A DNA stretch of 64,000 bases from a virus, in the IMG/VR virus record IMGVR_UViG_3300023181_000028, positions 16,012 to 80,011 of that record. One strand, 5' to 3'. This document shows, piece by piece, positions 7,864 through 20,000 of the stretch. Position numbers and translations under genes: made by a program. Numbering within the stretch: position 1 is the first letter of the stretch; the number at the start of each line of letters is the position of its first letter. The notes beneath the pieces are model-generated. The model saw only the letters and a program-made list of their open reading frames with translations. It was not told the DNA's origin and ran no database searches.

Positions 7864-9087
7864 TTAACGAGTTATTTCTTGACCGCCGATATACGTAACA
7901 GTGCCAGTGCCAGTGGTAGCATATCTTATTCTTACATTAGCACCTCCCGGTATTCCGCCGCCTATCATAGTAGTTTGACCATTAGTAATCTGAATAGCCA
8001 CCGCTAAAGCCACAGAGCTTAAATTACCCGCAGGCTGCAATACAGCAGTCCATGTAGAACCGCCATTAAGACTATATTCTAAATACACTGTAGCCGTGCT
8101 AGATCCTGCCAACAAAGGATTTGACACTGAACAAGTCACATAATAATAAACTGTAGAAAAATTTGGAGATATAGTGAATCCCGTACTAGAAGTACTTGTA
8201 GTTACACCTCTTACAGGATTATTATTTATTGTTGGCTCAGCTAATGAAATAGTAAAATTAGGATAAGTGCCAGATATAGATACACCCTTTATTCCCGTTA
8301 AATTTACAACTTGGTCAGGAGCAGTATTAGTGATAACAGTATTAGTTACATTAATTCCAGTACTCCCACTATAAGATGTAGTTCCGGTTGGGATAGTCCA
8401 TGCGCGATTAGCTGATAAATCCTGAGATACTCCATTGATAGTTAAAGACCTCGTTAAAGGCGCTTTAGAGGCAATAGAGGAATTAATAGAAGCTATTGAT
8501 GCTGCCGCCCTATCTTTAGACATTAGTCCATTAGCACTACCCGTATCGGCTTTAATAACCATATTAGGCGCAGTTCCAGTCATTATCTCCCCGTATCCCG
8601 CCGAATAATTCATAATGGCAGGTAAGCTAAATGTTCTACTTGCTTGCATATTTTGAGTTATAGCAGTAGTTCCATTCATAATAGTGATAGTATTCCTTGC
8701 ATTTGCATACAATGTATCTGATTCAAATTTATGCCAATACACAGGTATATTATTCAAATCAGGAGCGTAAGACAAATCATAATAACTTCCACTTAATGCT
8801 ACACTTGCAAGGTTAGGCAGCACATCTATATCAAAACGATAATCTGGTCTTGCGGCAGGGTAAAACACACCAGATCCATCAAATCCTATATTAAATCCAA
8901 ATGTTTGCATAGTCGGGACGTACCTTGCAGGCTTAAACAGTACCGTGTCGGCCAGTGTTAGATACTGAGCCTTCACCTCTTTAGTTATTTCACTTGCTAA
9001 AATACCACCTCCCACTATTTTTACGGAGTTTTTGGCGGTGAACGAGAGCATTAAAGCTACAATCGGAATGGAGATTATTTTTTTCAT
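7864..9087 (-). CDS. tail-fibre-like protein with signal-peptide-like N-terminus
   Basis: RSLTINGVSQDLSANRAWTI and ISGTYPNFTI fibre motifs; starts MKKIISIPIVALMLSF. Confidence 0.55.
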   Translation of the reverse strand: MKKIISIPIVALMLSFTAKNSVKIVGGGILASEITKEVKAQYLTLADTVLFKPARYVPTMQTFGFNIGFDGSGVFYPAARPDYRFDIDVLPNLASVALSGSYYDLSYAPDLNNIPVYWHKFESDTLYANARNTITIMNGTTAITQNMQASRTFSLPAIMNYSAGYGEIMTGTAPNMVIKADTGSANGLMSKDRAAASIASINSSIASKAPLTRSLTINGVSQDLSANRAWTIPTGTTSYSGSTGINVTNTVITNTAPDQVVNLTGIKGVSISGTYPNFTISLAEPTINNNPVRGVTTSTSSTGFTISPNFSTVYYYVTCSVSNPLLAGSSTATVYLEYSLNGGSTWTAVLQPAGNLSSVALAVAIQITNGQTTMIGGGIPGGANVRIRYATTGTGTVTYIGGQEITR

Positions 9088-9099
9088 ATTTTTAGGTTT

Positions 9100-10797
9100 T
9101 TATTCTTCTGTAAATTCTATTGATATTGCCATTGTTCCTCCGGCCACAGTTACTCCGTTTAAATTAATAGCTATTGTCTGAGCCACGCCAGCTAAAATAA
9201 TTGGCTTCCCTCTTTCTGCTAGGTTAATCTCAAATGGAGGGTATCCAGCAGTTGCGCTTCCAATAGGTACATATACAGCCCTTACATTACCAACCGGAGT
9301 TCCAAGCGTAGGGTTAGCCGTATAAATAGTTCCAACGGCAGTAGCGGCAGCGTCAGTTGACTCATTAGGTACTAAGGTAGCTGTAGTAGACGTTCCGCCA
9401 GAATTAGCAGTACTACGCTTAGAGATCAAAACCAAAACTTGTCCAGCGGTTGTTTGAATACCGCTTATAATGATTTTAGTAACTTGTACGTTTGTAGAGG
9501 CAGAACCAATTAATTGAAATATATCTGTTGCGGAAGCCGCCAGTACTACTGTAAATGATACTGAATATGTCCTTTTGTGTTTTTGTTGATCTTTAACAAT
9601 AGTAGCTCCGTATCTATCCGCGATAGGTATCGTATAACTGCCAGAAGTTCCAAATAGCGTTAGAGTATCATTTCTGTTAAATCCGGCTGCTAAAATAGTA
9701 TCCGTGGCTCCTACTGCAGAGTTCCTTGCTTTGGCTAAGTTGGTCGCCCCTGTTCCCGGAACAATTGTACCAATATTACCGATAGTATTAGTTCCGGTAG
9801 GTAGTGCAATCATTCTTGAGATCTCAACTGGCAACAAAGAATTAAAAGATTGCGGCCTTATAGACGTAAGACTAACTTGCTGAGGTACGTAATTCTCAAC
9901 ATCTATAAATCCAATCGTCCAAGTTGTTGAAGTAGCAGGAGTAGTTGACCCATTTACTGAACGTATTTGAAGGTGCAGTACAACGTTTGAGTCAGGAATA
10001 TTCCTTACATTTTGAGACCTTAAAGTTAATTGAACACTTGTTGAAGATGCAGACAATTGATCTGCGTATACAGAAATACCATCTTCAACGTTTAATGCTC
10101 CAACGTGTCCGGGAGAAGCACTTGTATTAATTGTAGAAGATATGTCGGCTATCGGATATCCATTTCTCTGATTTCCGAATAAATTACTTGTTGCCGTCGT
10201 GCCGTTATATAAAATATGGTGGTAATTCCATCCAAACAAAGAACAGGTTCCCACCCCTACAGTAAATCCAGATACCGTGAAGGTTACATCGTTACCAACT
10301 ACCGAAGCAATTGGATAAGAGCCAGACAAAAAAGTGCCTGTTCCTGCAAAGGATCCTAAGTTTATGGACTGTCCAATGTTTTGGGAAGTGAATGGATTCG
10401 ACGGAATAGTAACAGTTATAGCAGTTGAGCTACCTATTGAATAGGCTAATCCGTCACCAATAACATCCACTAACTCTATAAAGAAGTTATTATTTGCAAT
10501 TCTCTGTGATAATATTGTTGCATATCTTAAAGTTATAGCATCTTTCCATGTTGCTGCGGTTCTTATGATCGTTTCCGATCTGGCAGTTGTTCCAGAAGTT
10601 ATCACTAATGATCCGGCACTTTGATTTACGGTTTGGCCGGTGCCGTTAATTAGCAAGGTCATATCTGAATGAACCCCATTCGCTATAGTCCTGTCGAATC
10701 CATATCTGGTTTTAAACTGTGGCAGTTGTCTAGTTGGCACATAGTCGTCATTTTCTAACGGAAATGTGTTTTTTTGAGGTATCGGATCGTATGCCAT
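9100..10797 (-). CDS. tail/fibre structural protein
   Basis: T/S/G-rich beta protein; ALPTGTNTIGNIG linker; tail module. Confidence 0.6.
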   Translation of the reverse strand: MAYDPIPQKNTFPLENDDYVPTRQLPQFKTRYGFDRTIANGVHSDMTLLINGTGQTVNQSAGSLVITSGTTARSETIIRTAATWKDAITLRYATILSQRIANNNFFIELVDVIGDGLAYSIGSSTAITVTIPSNPFTSQNIGQSINLGSFAGTGTFLSGSYPIASVVGNDVTFTVSGFTVGVGTCSLFGWNYHHILYNGTTATSNLFGNQRNGYPIADISSTINTSASPGHVGALNVEDGISVYADQLSASSTSVQLTLRSQNVRNIPDSNVVLHLQIRSVNGSTTPATSTTWTIGFIDVENYVPQQVSLTSIRPQSFNSLLPVEISRMIALPTGTNTIGNIGTIVPGTGATNLAKARNSAVGATDTILAAGFNRNDTLTLFGTSGSYTIPIADRYGATIVKDQQKHKRTYSVSFTVVLAASATDIFQLIGSASTNVQVTKIIISGIQTTAGQVLVLISKRSTANSGGTSTTATLVPNESTDAAATAVGTIYTANPTLGTPVGNVRAVYVPIGSATAGYPPFEINLAERGKPIILAGVAQTIAINLNGVTVAGGTMAISIEFTEE

Positions 10798-10801
10798 AAT
10801 A

Positions 10802-12280
10802 TTATTTTATTAACCAATTAGAATTATTTGAATATACAGTGATTGAGGCGTATAAAGTGCTAACTACTGCGGTTAATCCGCCGTCAATAGTTTGTGATGA
10901 CGTTGTATTTACTGTAGGCGTACCGCCGTTGTTTTTAAAAGTGTATTCATTAGTATTACCTACCGCAGTTGGTAGCGTCACAGTTAAATTGGCAGTGCAT
11001 TCATAATAATAATCAGTATTAGCAGCAGAGCCAGCGGCAGTATTTGTGGATATTGTATTAATAGACCTTGAGAATACAGCCACAGGCTGCCACGACCCCA
11101 ATCCTACACCATTTGTAGTAAGAACATATCCATTTGATTGAGTTCCATCTACAATCTTGATCTTACCGTTAAGCGTCAACACTTGATTTAAAGGATTAGC
11201 GTCGAATATACCATATAGCAATGATCCCGTTTTATCTCCGGCTGTATTAACCCTATCCTGATTGTTTAAGTAAAATACATTACTATCAGTAGTGGAATAT
11301 AATCCAGAATAAGCTCCTAAGAATACATTTCCAGAGCCAGTAGTGTTATTTCCACCTGAAAATATTCCTAACGCAGAGGAAAAGCTTCCCGTAGAATTTT
11401 GAGATAAACTAGCATTGCCCATTGCTGTATTTGAACTTCCTACGTTTTGAGCGTAAAGAGAATAAGCTCCAATGGCAGTATTAAAACTAGAATTTCCTCC
11501 CATTTCCATAGACCTAAGCCCAATAGCCACGTTTTCCGATCCTGTTATGTTAGAAGAGGCTAAAGCAGCCTTCCCAATAGATACGTTACCTGTAGCACTA
11601 GTCATTGAGAATCCAGAGCCATCCCCAATAGCCACATTATTACCGCCAGAAGTTAAACTACCTAATGCGATATACCCTAAAGCCATATTAGAGCTTCCTG
11701 TAGCGAATTTTAAGGCTCCACTACCCAAAGCAACATTCGCTACCCCGGTGGAATTAGTGATAAGAGCATCAAGCCCTATTGCCACATTTAATGTACTATT
11801 CCCCCCGCCGTTAACAATTAATTGTTGGCTATTGAAATTAATAGTTTGATTTGCTCCTGTATATGGAATATAACCTGCTAATGCTGCGGATGTAATATAC
11901 CCCGCCCCATTAGTTAGTTGATTGTTATTGCTTATTATAGTGGCTAAAGAGCCGTTTCCTAATATATATTGACTTGATGTTCCTTGCCAAGCGAATGCTA
12001 AGGTTCCAGAGGTTGTTACAGGGCCACCGGTTACCGCTAATGCTCCACTTATAGTAGCATTAATACTTGTTACAGTTCCGGTTCCGCCACCACCGCCTCC
12101 AAAATAGGGTAATGAAGACCACGGATTAACACCGTCACCAAATTTAAGTCCCTTAAGGTCTAATTCATATCCAGGTTCGCCTTGCGCTAATATTGGATTC
12201 TGAAATAGCCATTGAGCAGAGGTTTTCCTTTTAATCTGAATGACAACATCCTTGAAATTACCATCGTGACCTTTTCCCAT
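10802..12280 (-). CDS. tail fibre (Mtd/hyaluronidase-type N-terminal motif, beta-roll repeats)
   Basis: W...NPILAQGEPGYE....KFGDG...W..LPY; ~14-aa N.A.G..AL repeats. Confidence 0.8.
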   Translation of the reverse strand: MGKGHDGNFKDVVIQIKRKTSAQWLFQNPILAQGEPGYELDLKGLKFGDGVNPWSSLPYFGGGGGGTGTVTSINATISGALAVTGGPVTTSGTLAFAWQGTSSQYILGNGSLATIISNNNQLTNGAGYITSAALAGYIPYTGANQTINFNSQQLIVNGGGNSTLNVAIGLDALITNSTGVANVALGSGALKFATGSSNMALGYIALGSLTSGGNNVAIGDGSGFSMTSATGNVSIGKAALASSNITGSENVAIGLRSMEMGGNSSFNTAIGAYSLYAQNVGSSNTAMGNASLSQNSTGSFSSALGIFSGGNNTTGSGNVFLGAYSGLYSTTDSNVFYLNNQDRVNTAGDKTGSLLYGIFDANPLNQVLTLNGKIKIVDGTQSNGYVLTTNGVGLGSWQPVAVFSRSINTISTNTAAGSAANTDYYYECTANLTVTLPTAVGNTNEYTFKNNGGTPTVNTTSSQTIDGGLTAVVSTLYASITVYSNNSNWLIK

Positions 12281-12591
12281 TATGGATTACCGTCTATTCC
12301 GTTAATAATTATTTCTTCTTCTGGTGGCATAAAGTTAGAATTTATATACCTCTTAATTAATGTAGGTGCAGGACATACATAAATAGGATCTATGTTGTTT
12401 CCCGATGAGTCAAAGTTGTTATTGTAAAACCTCTCTAAAGCATCAATTTGACCCGTTAAAATGATAAGTTTATTCTCTTTACATCCCAACATCTCTCCTC
12501 CCTTTTCGAGGGTTATAAACTTAGCAGCCAGCTTTAAAGCAAGTTCCTTTTTATCAGATATATCTTTTAATATTTTATTTGCACTTGTCAT
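12280..12591 (-). CDS. virion-associated hypothetical protein
   Basis: Coupled between hub-like and fibre genes. Confidence 0.6.
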   Translation of the reverse strand: MTSANKILKDISDKKELALKLAAKFITLEKGGEMLGCKENKLIILTGQIDALERFYNNNFDSSGNNIDPIYVCPAPTLIKRYINSNFMPPEEEIIINGIDGNP

Positions 12592-13275
12592 TTAACATCC
12601 GCAACCACAGTCGCATAAAGATTTAGCCTTGTTTATAAATAAATTAGCTTTTACATAATCCTCATATTTCACTGCGGATTCAGCAATAGAAAGATAGGAT
12701 TGTGATAAGATAGCCTTATTAGCTTCTTTACTATCGCATTCGCAATCAATCTCAACCTTATTGAATATCTCATCCATACAGCATTGAGTTGCAAGTTTTT
12801 GCAATATCATATCCGTAGTACTTAAATCGAACGCGGTGGGAGTTCCACTCACTGAGGTGCTACCCGTAATGTTATAAATAACACCATAAGCTCCGTCAAC
12901 TAGCGAAGGAAGATTATAGACCTGAGAAGACCCATACGTATAGCTATTTAACAACATAAAGCCATTTAGAGGGAATGTTGTGGAGTTTAGCTGAGATAGT
13001 ATAGTTTGAGCGCCAAGCCCGTTAAAATTGATTGTAGCGGCTGTAATAGTGCCATTAAGAATAGTAAAGGTATATACCGCAGAAACTTGTAATTGAGTGT
13101 AATTAACAGTTAAAACAAGACCTGTAACATCGTTTATTGCCACCCCATTAGGTGATCCATAACCAAAAGGCGCTGAAACAACATTGTAAGTCGGAGTGAT
13201 ATCAGTAATGTATAAAGTATCGAAAGCATTATTAAGTGCTAAGTCAACTTCTAAGTCTAATTGTGTTACTGGCAT
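12592..13275 (-). CDS. tail hub-like protein, paralog B
   Basis: GYG.PNGVA.NDVT, L.DG.Y, Cys-rich end CDCGCGC; paralog of 13355..14059. Confidence 0.55.
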   Translation of the reverse strand: MPVTQLDLEVDLALNNAFDTLYITDITPTYNVVSAPFGYGSPNGVAINDVTGLVLTVNYTQLQVSAVYTFTILNGTITAATINFNGLGAQTILSQLNSTTFPLNGFMLLNSYTYGSSQVYNLPSLVDGAYGVIYNITGSTSVSGTPTAFDLSTTDMILQKLATQCCMDEIFNKVEIDCECDSKEANKAILSQSYLSIAESAVKYEDYVKANLFINKAKSLCDCGCGC

Positions 13276-13326
13276 TATGCTGATTTTGGAATAAATGTAC
13301 GATTTTTTAAAATACAGACGATTTAA

Positions 13327-13351
13327 CGCAACCTTTATATTTTAATTACGT
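13327..13351 (+). promoter_or_regulatory. ECF-type promoter, antisense into 13355..14059
   Basis: CGCAAC-N16-CGT. Confidence 0.55.
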
Positions 13352-13354
13352 AGA

Positions 13355-14059
13355 TCAGCACCCACAATTACACGCGCATATAGATTTAGATTTTTGTAAT
13401 AATTGGTTGTATAATGTGTAATCCTCTTTCTCCTCTGCGTATTTAGCTATATCCAAATAAGCCTTAGACCTCATAGTTTCTTTTAATTTCTTGTCATTAC
13501 ACCCGCAATCAATATCCATGTCATAAAAAGACTTATCTATACATGAACTAGATTCACAGTCTCTTATACAGGTATCGTTGACAGTGTAATCAAATATAGT
13601 TGGAGTGCCATTATCAGAAGCAGAGCCTCTAATCCTATAAGCCACATTATATTGACCGTCAGTTAAAACCGGAAGTGTAATAGTTGTTACAGGAAAAGAT
13701 GAGATATAAGGCCCAACTGTAATAAATGGATTAGAAGATGTTGGCGGGAATGTCAAACTAGGAAGATAAGAAGCGAGGGTAGGCACATTTATAGCACCTT
13801 GCCCGGCAAAATCAACTGCCATAGCCCCTATAACCCCATTAGTTATTAAAAAAGAGAAAACGGCAGTTATCCCCAAATTAACATAAGTGATGGTTATAAA
13901 CATCATAGTTACATCGTTAACCGCAACTCCATTGGGAACCCCGTAACCTAAAGGATTAGACACAGAATTGTAAAGTCCGGTTTCATCAGTTACTATTAAA
14001 TGCTTACAATCGTCACTAACGACAATCTTAGTTTTGAGGTTTATTTGAGTTAAGGCCAT
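13355..14059 (-). CDS. tail hub-like protein, paralog A
   Basis: Same motifs as 12592..13275; ends CACNCGC. Confidence 0.55.
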   Translation of the reverse strand: MALTQINLKTKIVVSDDCKHLIVTDETGLYNSVSNPLGYGVPNGVAVNDVTMMFITITYVNLGITAVFSFLITNGVIGAMAVDFAGQGAINVPTLASYLPSLTFPPTSSNPFITVGPYISSFPVTTITLPVLTDGQYNVAYRIRGSASDNGTPTIFDYTVNDTCIRDCESSSCIDKSFYDMDIDCGCNDKKLKETMRSKAYLDIAKYAEEKEDYTLYNQLLQKSKSICACNCGC

Positions 14060-14082
14060 TTTTTTATAAAGATAAGTGTTTT

Positions 14083-17000
14083 TTAATCTTCCTCGATAAA
14101 TTCTATTCCGGCTTTAATAGCTTTTGAGTTAGGCAACGCACTAATAATATCTTTACTTCCCTTTTCAACATCTAATTTCATTACATCTTCCATTACATTT
14201 ACGAACTTACTTACAGTGGCTTGCGCGGCAACCGGAGATTTAACAAAGAATTTAATATTATCAATGTCAAAGATGAAGAGTAAGTTAGAAAGGGCTTGGT
14301 CAATAGCATCACCCTTTTTTCTCTTATTTTTATCGTCGTCTCCACCAAGCCTCAAAGCCATAAACGCAGCAACCACCATTAAGCCCTTTAGATTAGACAT
14401 AGCGTCTTTATTCTTTGTGAATCCCTCTATTCCGTCCTTTTTAATAGCCTCTTTAAGATCAGTGAAGCCTTGCCCTAAGAACGCTCTATAAGTACCTCTA
14501 TGAGTCACACCATTAGCGTCTATGTATTCTTCGCCCATTCTCTGCTTAAATGCATCTGGAACCCATATTTTGAATTGCCCAACCAATTTACCGAACTCTC
14601 CGGCTTGGTAATTTCTTTTATCGGCCTCTCCATATTTACCTTGAATATCCGACACTGTTTTAATATTGGCAATCGCGCGGCTTTTAATCCCCTTCTCGTC
14701 AGCACCTTCTTTTAACTTAACCTGTCCAGTACTTTCGTTGTACTCAATACTATTAAAATCCTTATCACTCATTAATCCTAAGAATGCTGAACCTTGTATG
14801 TAATACTCACCACCCCTTGTTAATCCATGCGCTAACATTTCAAACAATTTACCTGCGTATAATTTAGGATTAGAATCAAAATCTAAACTAACTGCATTGT
14901 ATTTACGGATAATAGCAGCAGCCTTTTTAGGATTCTGTATTAACCGCTTGGTTCCTTTGTATTGCGCCTCAGCACTTTCTTTTCTTATAGTATTATAAAT
15001 ACCCATTGCTATATTAAACCCACCTGCGCGATATGCAAACGCCATCACATTCAATGAAGTTAACTTGCGGATTATTCTGAAAAACGTGTCTAATTCTGGC
15101 CCTAACGCTCCAACTTTTTCTTTCTTGAAAATATGAAGATCAGTCCATTGTTTTACCCATTCCGCAACATTCTCTTTCTTTTCATGCTCCTTAAATCCAA
15201 CTTGATTTAAATACTCTATAGATTGAATGTAAGGCAATAGTTTGCCGATATGTTCTGTATGTGTGTAGTCATCAATGAATGAATGCGCCGCCTTGTAGAA
15301 GTCCTTAGAATAACCCCTGGACTTATCTCTTGGTTTGTTGAATTTACTTTTTAATCTTCCATCTGTAGATAAATTGTACTCAGCTCCACCAGTTAAGGCC
15401 AAAGGATTTTCTTTCTCATCTACATTAGTTCCGGTTTTAAGTTGCCTTCTCGCGGCCAATTGATATTTAACCATCTGCAACAAAGCCTTCATCTTATCCA
15501 ATGCCCCCTTATTACCCTGTTTGATTAAATCTCTCTCAATCTCCCCATAAGACATTACTTTATTACCGTACTTAATCCTTACATTCTGGATGTTATGACC
15601 ATTACCCAAATAAGCACTGAACGCCTGTAAGATGCCTTCCTCTCTAAACGATTCCGCCACTCCCTTATCCACCTTTAACACTTCATTGTTAAGTTGATCT
15701 TCATCCATGCCCTCAAATTGCTTATTTCTAAGATCGTTGAGACCCAACATAAACTTTAAGAATTTAGTTTGCGCGGGAGTGAAGCTCTTAGCCTTAGCTT
15801 CCTCTAAAGTGTAATAACGCCCGTCAGGATGCTCTACAAATTCAAAGTATTTAACTGAACCTGACATTACAAATTCCTTAGCCTTGTCAGTGATGCCTAG
15901 AGATTTATTTTTCTCCTTTATAACTTCCTTGCCGATATTCTCTAATTCTCCTTTGAGTTTATCGCGCTCTTGTTGCATGTCGAAATAAGTCTCGTCAAAT
16001 TGTTTGCTGAAAGATTGTAATTCCGGCTGGTTTTGGGTCATATGACCTAAGTTCTTCATAAGAACATCTTTGGCGGATAAGTCAGTTTTATTGGCTTGCT
16101 CTTCTACATATCCCTTTAACCCTTCCAGTTCCGTTTTACGTTTAACGAACATCCGGTAGCCTATTTGCTGCTTTAATTGATTTAGTTTAGGTTCTTTCGC
16201 GGCATCTGCAAAATCCCCACTCACCATCAGATTATAAGCCTCTAATAACCGCTCATCCGTCATATCTTCTAACCTACCTTCACTTAATATAGAAGACAGC
16301 ATATCCACATCCTCTTTGTATGCAAACCACTTAGAAGCATCTCTTTTGGCCTCCTTGTCGATGTTAGCCTTAAACACCTTTAATTTCTCTTTTTGCTCCT
16401 CAGTATATTTTTCATCCGCCAAAGCGTCTTTAATAAACTGCAAGTCTTTACGAATCTGCTCTAAAGATCTTCCTAATACATTCTCCCTGTAAGATTCCAA
16501 TGACATAGTTAATTTCTTAGCTAGGTCTTTCGCGGACATTTCATCCAATGTTTTAAAAGGCTTTTTCTTAGATAATTGCTCTTGTTTACTTTCTCCAACC
16601 TTATTCCTTGTATTAACGCCTCCTATTATCTGTTTAGCTAAGCTCTTAGCAACGTTCTTGTCTATTCCGAGTAATTGCTTAAGTCGGTTAAATATGTAGC
16701 TTAAAACGGCTTCAAATTTATTCCTGACTGACTCTTTATCAAAGATCAATGAACCTTCCATTCCTATCGCTTCTGCCAACACTTCCTTACCCAACATCTC
16801 TTCATTCAGCTCAGGGTATCTTTCCTTAACGTCATCCCATAGCGGAGTATCTTTAAGTTGCTTAATCCCCACTTGAATAACTTTATTGTTATATCCAATA
16901 GCATCAATCATAATGTGACCAGCTTCGTGAATAGGCGTGTCAATACCAGCATAATCAGGATTGATTTCGATAGTGTTGCCTATTAATCTTCCGGCGAACT

Positions 17001-20000
17001 TAGCCCCTTCCTTATACACCACTTTAACCTTTGGAAATGATTTTCTAACCCTCTCCACAACTTTCTGTATCTGACCTTTACGATCACTTGACTTCTGGAA
17101 TTGTCCGGTTTCCGAAAACGCCTGTTCCCTTGCTTGTTCTTTCTCTAACTCAGCATTCTCTTCCTCTTCTGTAAGTCCGCGATCAGGATTGACATTTTCA
17201 AGTAAACTCTGATACAAAGGCATAGTATATCGCTCTGACGTTCCGCCAGTGCCGGATAAAAACTTAATATTGCCCGTTTCTTTTACATCCTCTACAAAGT
17301 CCAATAACTTCTGTAATGTTTTACTATCCTTACCCTTCTCAATTTGTTTTAAGGTTGCGGCGTATTCCCGCGCATCCAATCCTACATCCGGTCTAAATTC
17401 TTGATTGCCTTGAATGCCAATATTAAAGACACCTAACTTCCTAAGTTCTTTATACAAATCTTGGGCAGGCATCTTTAAAAGGTCATTAGAGCGTCTTATA
17501 GCCTTGTTTATTGAAGAGTTGTCATATCCCTCTCCGATTAAAGATTCTCTCTCTAATTCGTTTACAGTGACAGTAGCGGGGGCTTTTCTAACCTTCTCCT
17601 CCACTTTAGTTGTAGTTGGACGTTCTTTTACAGGTTCCGGTTTAACCACAGGAGCTTTTACAGGTTCAACTTTAACTTGTGGCTTTTCAGGCTGCTTAAC
17701 ACCCTCAATTGGTTTAAGTCCTTGTTGCTGCAAAGCCACCATTCTTTTAATCTCATCCGGCGTATAAGCGCTATTACCCTTCTCTTTCTCCTTTACCGAA
17801 ACGATGTATTTCCCCGTAGACTTATTATAAACGTTTAGAATACGTAAATTCTCTGTCTTTCTAGGCTTACCATTAGCGTCAACCTTATCAGCTTTAATAG
17901 TCTGTATCTTAACTGTAACAGGCTCTTTAAACTTAGAATACTCTCTACCATCACTATCAGTAGTTGTTTCTTCGCCGCTAGGAAAATTCTCCCTCTCCCC
18001 TGTATATTCATCTCTCTTAACAGATCTTCCAAACTGAACAAATTGTCCTGTTCCGCCAAGATTTAATTGCCATACCTCATTCTGACCACCTTCAATAAAA
18101 GCATCCATCTCTCCATTAAGATCAGGATTGGCGTCAAAATAATCATGCAATATCTCTTTTCTTTCTAAAGGCTTCTGTTTGTTAAATTCAAATGTTCCAT
18201 TATCATCCTTCTGACCAAACTTAGGAGCATTCTTTCTTCTTTCAGATTTCTCCACTACAGTTTCCGTCGGAGTTTCCACTTCCTCAGTAGTAGTTTTTGT
18301 TCCGCCGTATCTCTTTCCTAAATCCTCGATAGTTGATTCTTCTGCTTTCTTTTCTTCGTTCTTAACAACCTTACCGACAGTATCAGGAGCAACAGTAGTT
18401 TCTTTCTTGACATTCTCTTTTAATATAATAGCATCCAGTTCCTTTTGTAGTCCCTTCACTAATTCTTTCTTGCCAGCCACCTTAGCAGCCTCAATAGGAC
18501 TCATTTTTTTAATCTCACTCTCATCTGTAGGGATTTCAGATTTAATTCCCTCTATTGTAAAGGATAGGTCAAAAGACTTCTTTCTTTCTTCGTCTGTTAA
18601 ATCCAATCCTTTAGTTTGATCGTGATAAACATTGTAAGCGTCTAACTTAAATTTAGCCCTCTCAGCATCTTCGGGAGTCATTTCATCATTAGCCACAGAA
18701 TTATCAATATCAGCCTTTAAAGCTGTGATTGCCTCAGTTCCCTTCTTTACAGTCTCATACGCATTGTTAGATTGCTTCTCCGCGCGATCAGCTTTTCTTT
18801 TCTGACTCACACCAGCTAATGCGGGGCCACCAGCACCTAAAGCACCAGCCAAAGCACTATTAACATATTCCCCAAATGATTCTAAACTAAAAGGATCTGT
18901 TTTAAACTTCTCCTCTCCACTTATCTTATCATAAATATTCTTAGCAGCATTTAAAGCAAAAGATTGCGCGGCTTCCGTTCCTGCTTCGCCTGCGATATTA
19001 CCAGCCAATTGACCTGCAAACGTGCTGTTTAATTTAGTTGCGGCAGTCGTTGTGGCGTTGTACAGACCTTCTAATGACTCCTTTGTTATCTTACCCTCAC
19101 TATCTTTTAATAATCCAGCAGCGAGGCTATTAAACATCTCTTTCTTGCCGTTACGGGCTAGTTGGTTCTTAATGAATATCCCCTCAGTACCCCCAACCAT
19201 TTCTAATAGGGCAGTGGGAATAGTGGCAACCGAAGCAAAAGCATATTTATCCCTTCCTTCTAGTCCAGCTTGTTCAGCAGCAGTTAAGGCTTCATCGTAA
19301 TTAACCATGTATGAACCCGCAAATCCATTAGCTAATTTACCTGAGTTAGAAGCTCCCGATAAGAATGAAGCGGCCTTACCACCTTCTGAGATCAATCCGG
19401 CACCTTCTGCGCCCGCTCCTAATGTTCTTGTAGCACCCCCAATACCTTTAGCCCCTACAAGGAAAGAGGTGATAGATTCCATCCCCTGTAATACAGCACC
19501 CTGAATATTGTTTTTAGTAAAGTCATATCGAGAAGGGTCAAAGAAATCACTTATCCCTTTTAATTCTTTAGTGTCGAATATTTGTTCATTCTCATATTCG
19601 GGAGTTTTGAATTTAAGATAGTCAGCACTATTCTTCATAGTCTGGTACCACGGCAATTCTTCTCCTGTAATGGCTCCGTATGCGATTTGAGGCAAGTTAG
19701 CCACCCCTTCGGCGGCACCTATCACCCCATTCACTAAGTGTTTAGCAGCAGACTTAATAAATCCATCGTCATTAGCACTCTCTTGGCTTCCCCATATACT
19801 TGCAACGTCATAACCTTCTGGCGGACGTTCATTATTAGCAATAGGAACAGGCTTTTGAACACCATTTACATCTTTCATGTAGTATTTGGTTCCGCCGGAT
19901 TGTTTAGGATGTTGACCTTGTATAGTTAGTATTGCATCAGATATATCTTCAACAGAGGCTCTACCTTGCTTCTGAGCAATAGCAATATTCTTAATGATTT

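Noticed and set aside
14250-14280. FIFDIDN near the cargo C-terminus as an RNAP DFDID motif
   Set aside because: First Asp is missing, and the site is in a hydrophobic helical tail ~55 aa from the end
14216-19929. Numerous antisense/alternative-frame ORFs within the large cargo gene (and similar ones across the structural block)
   Set aside because: Fully overlap well-supported genes; no start context; antisense-type composition
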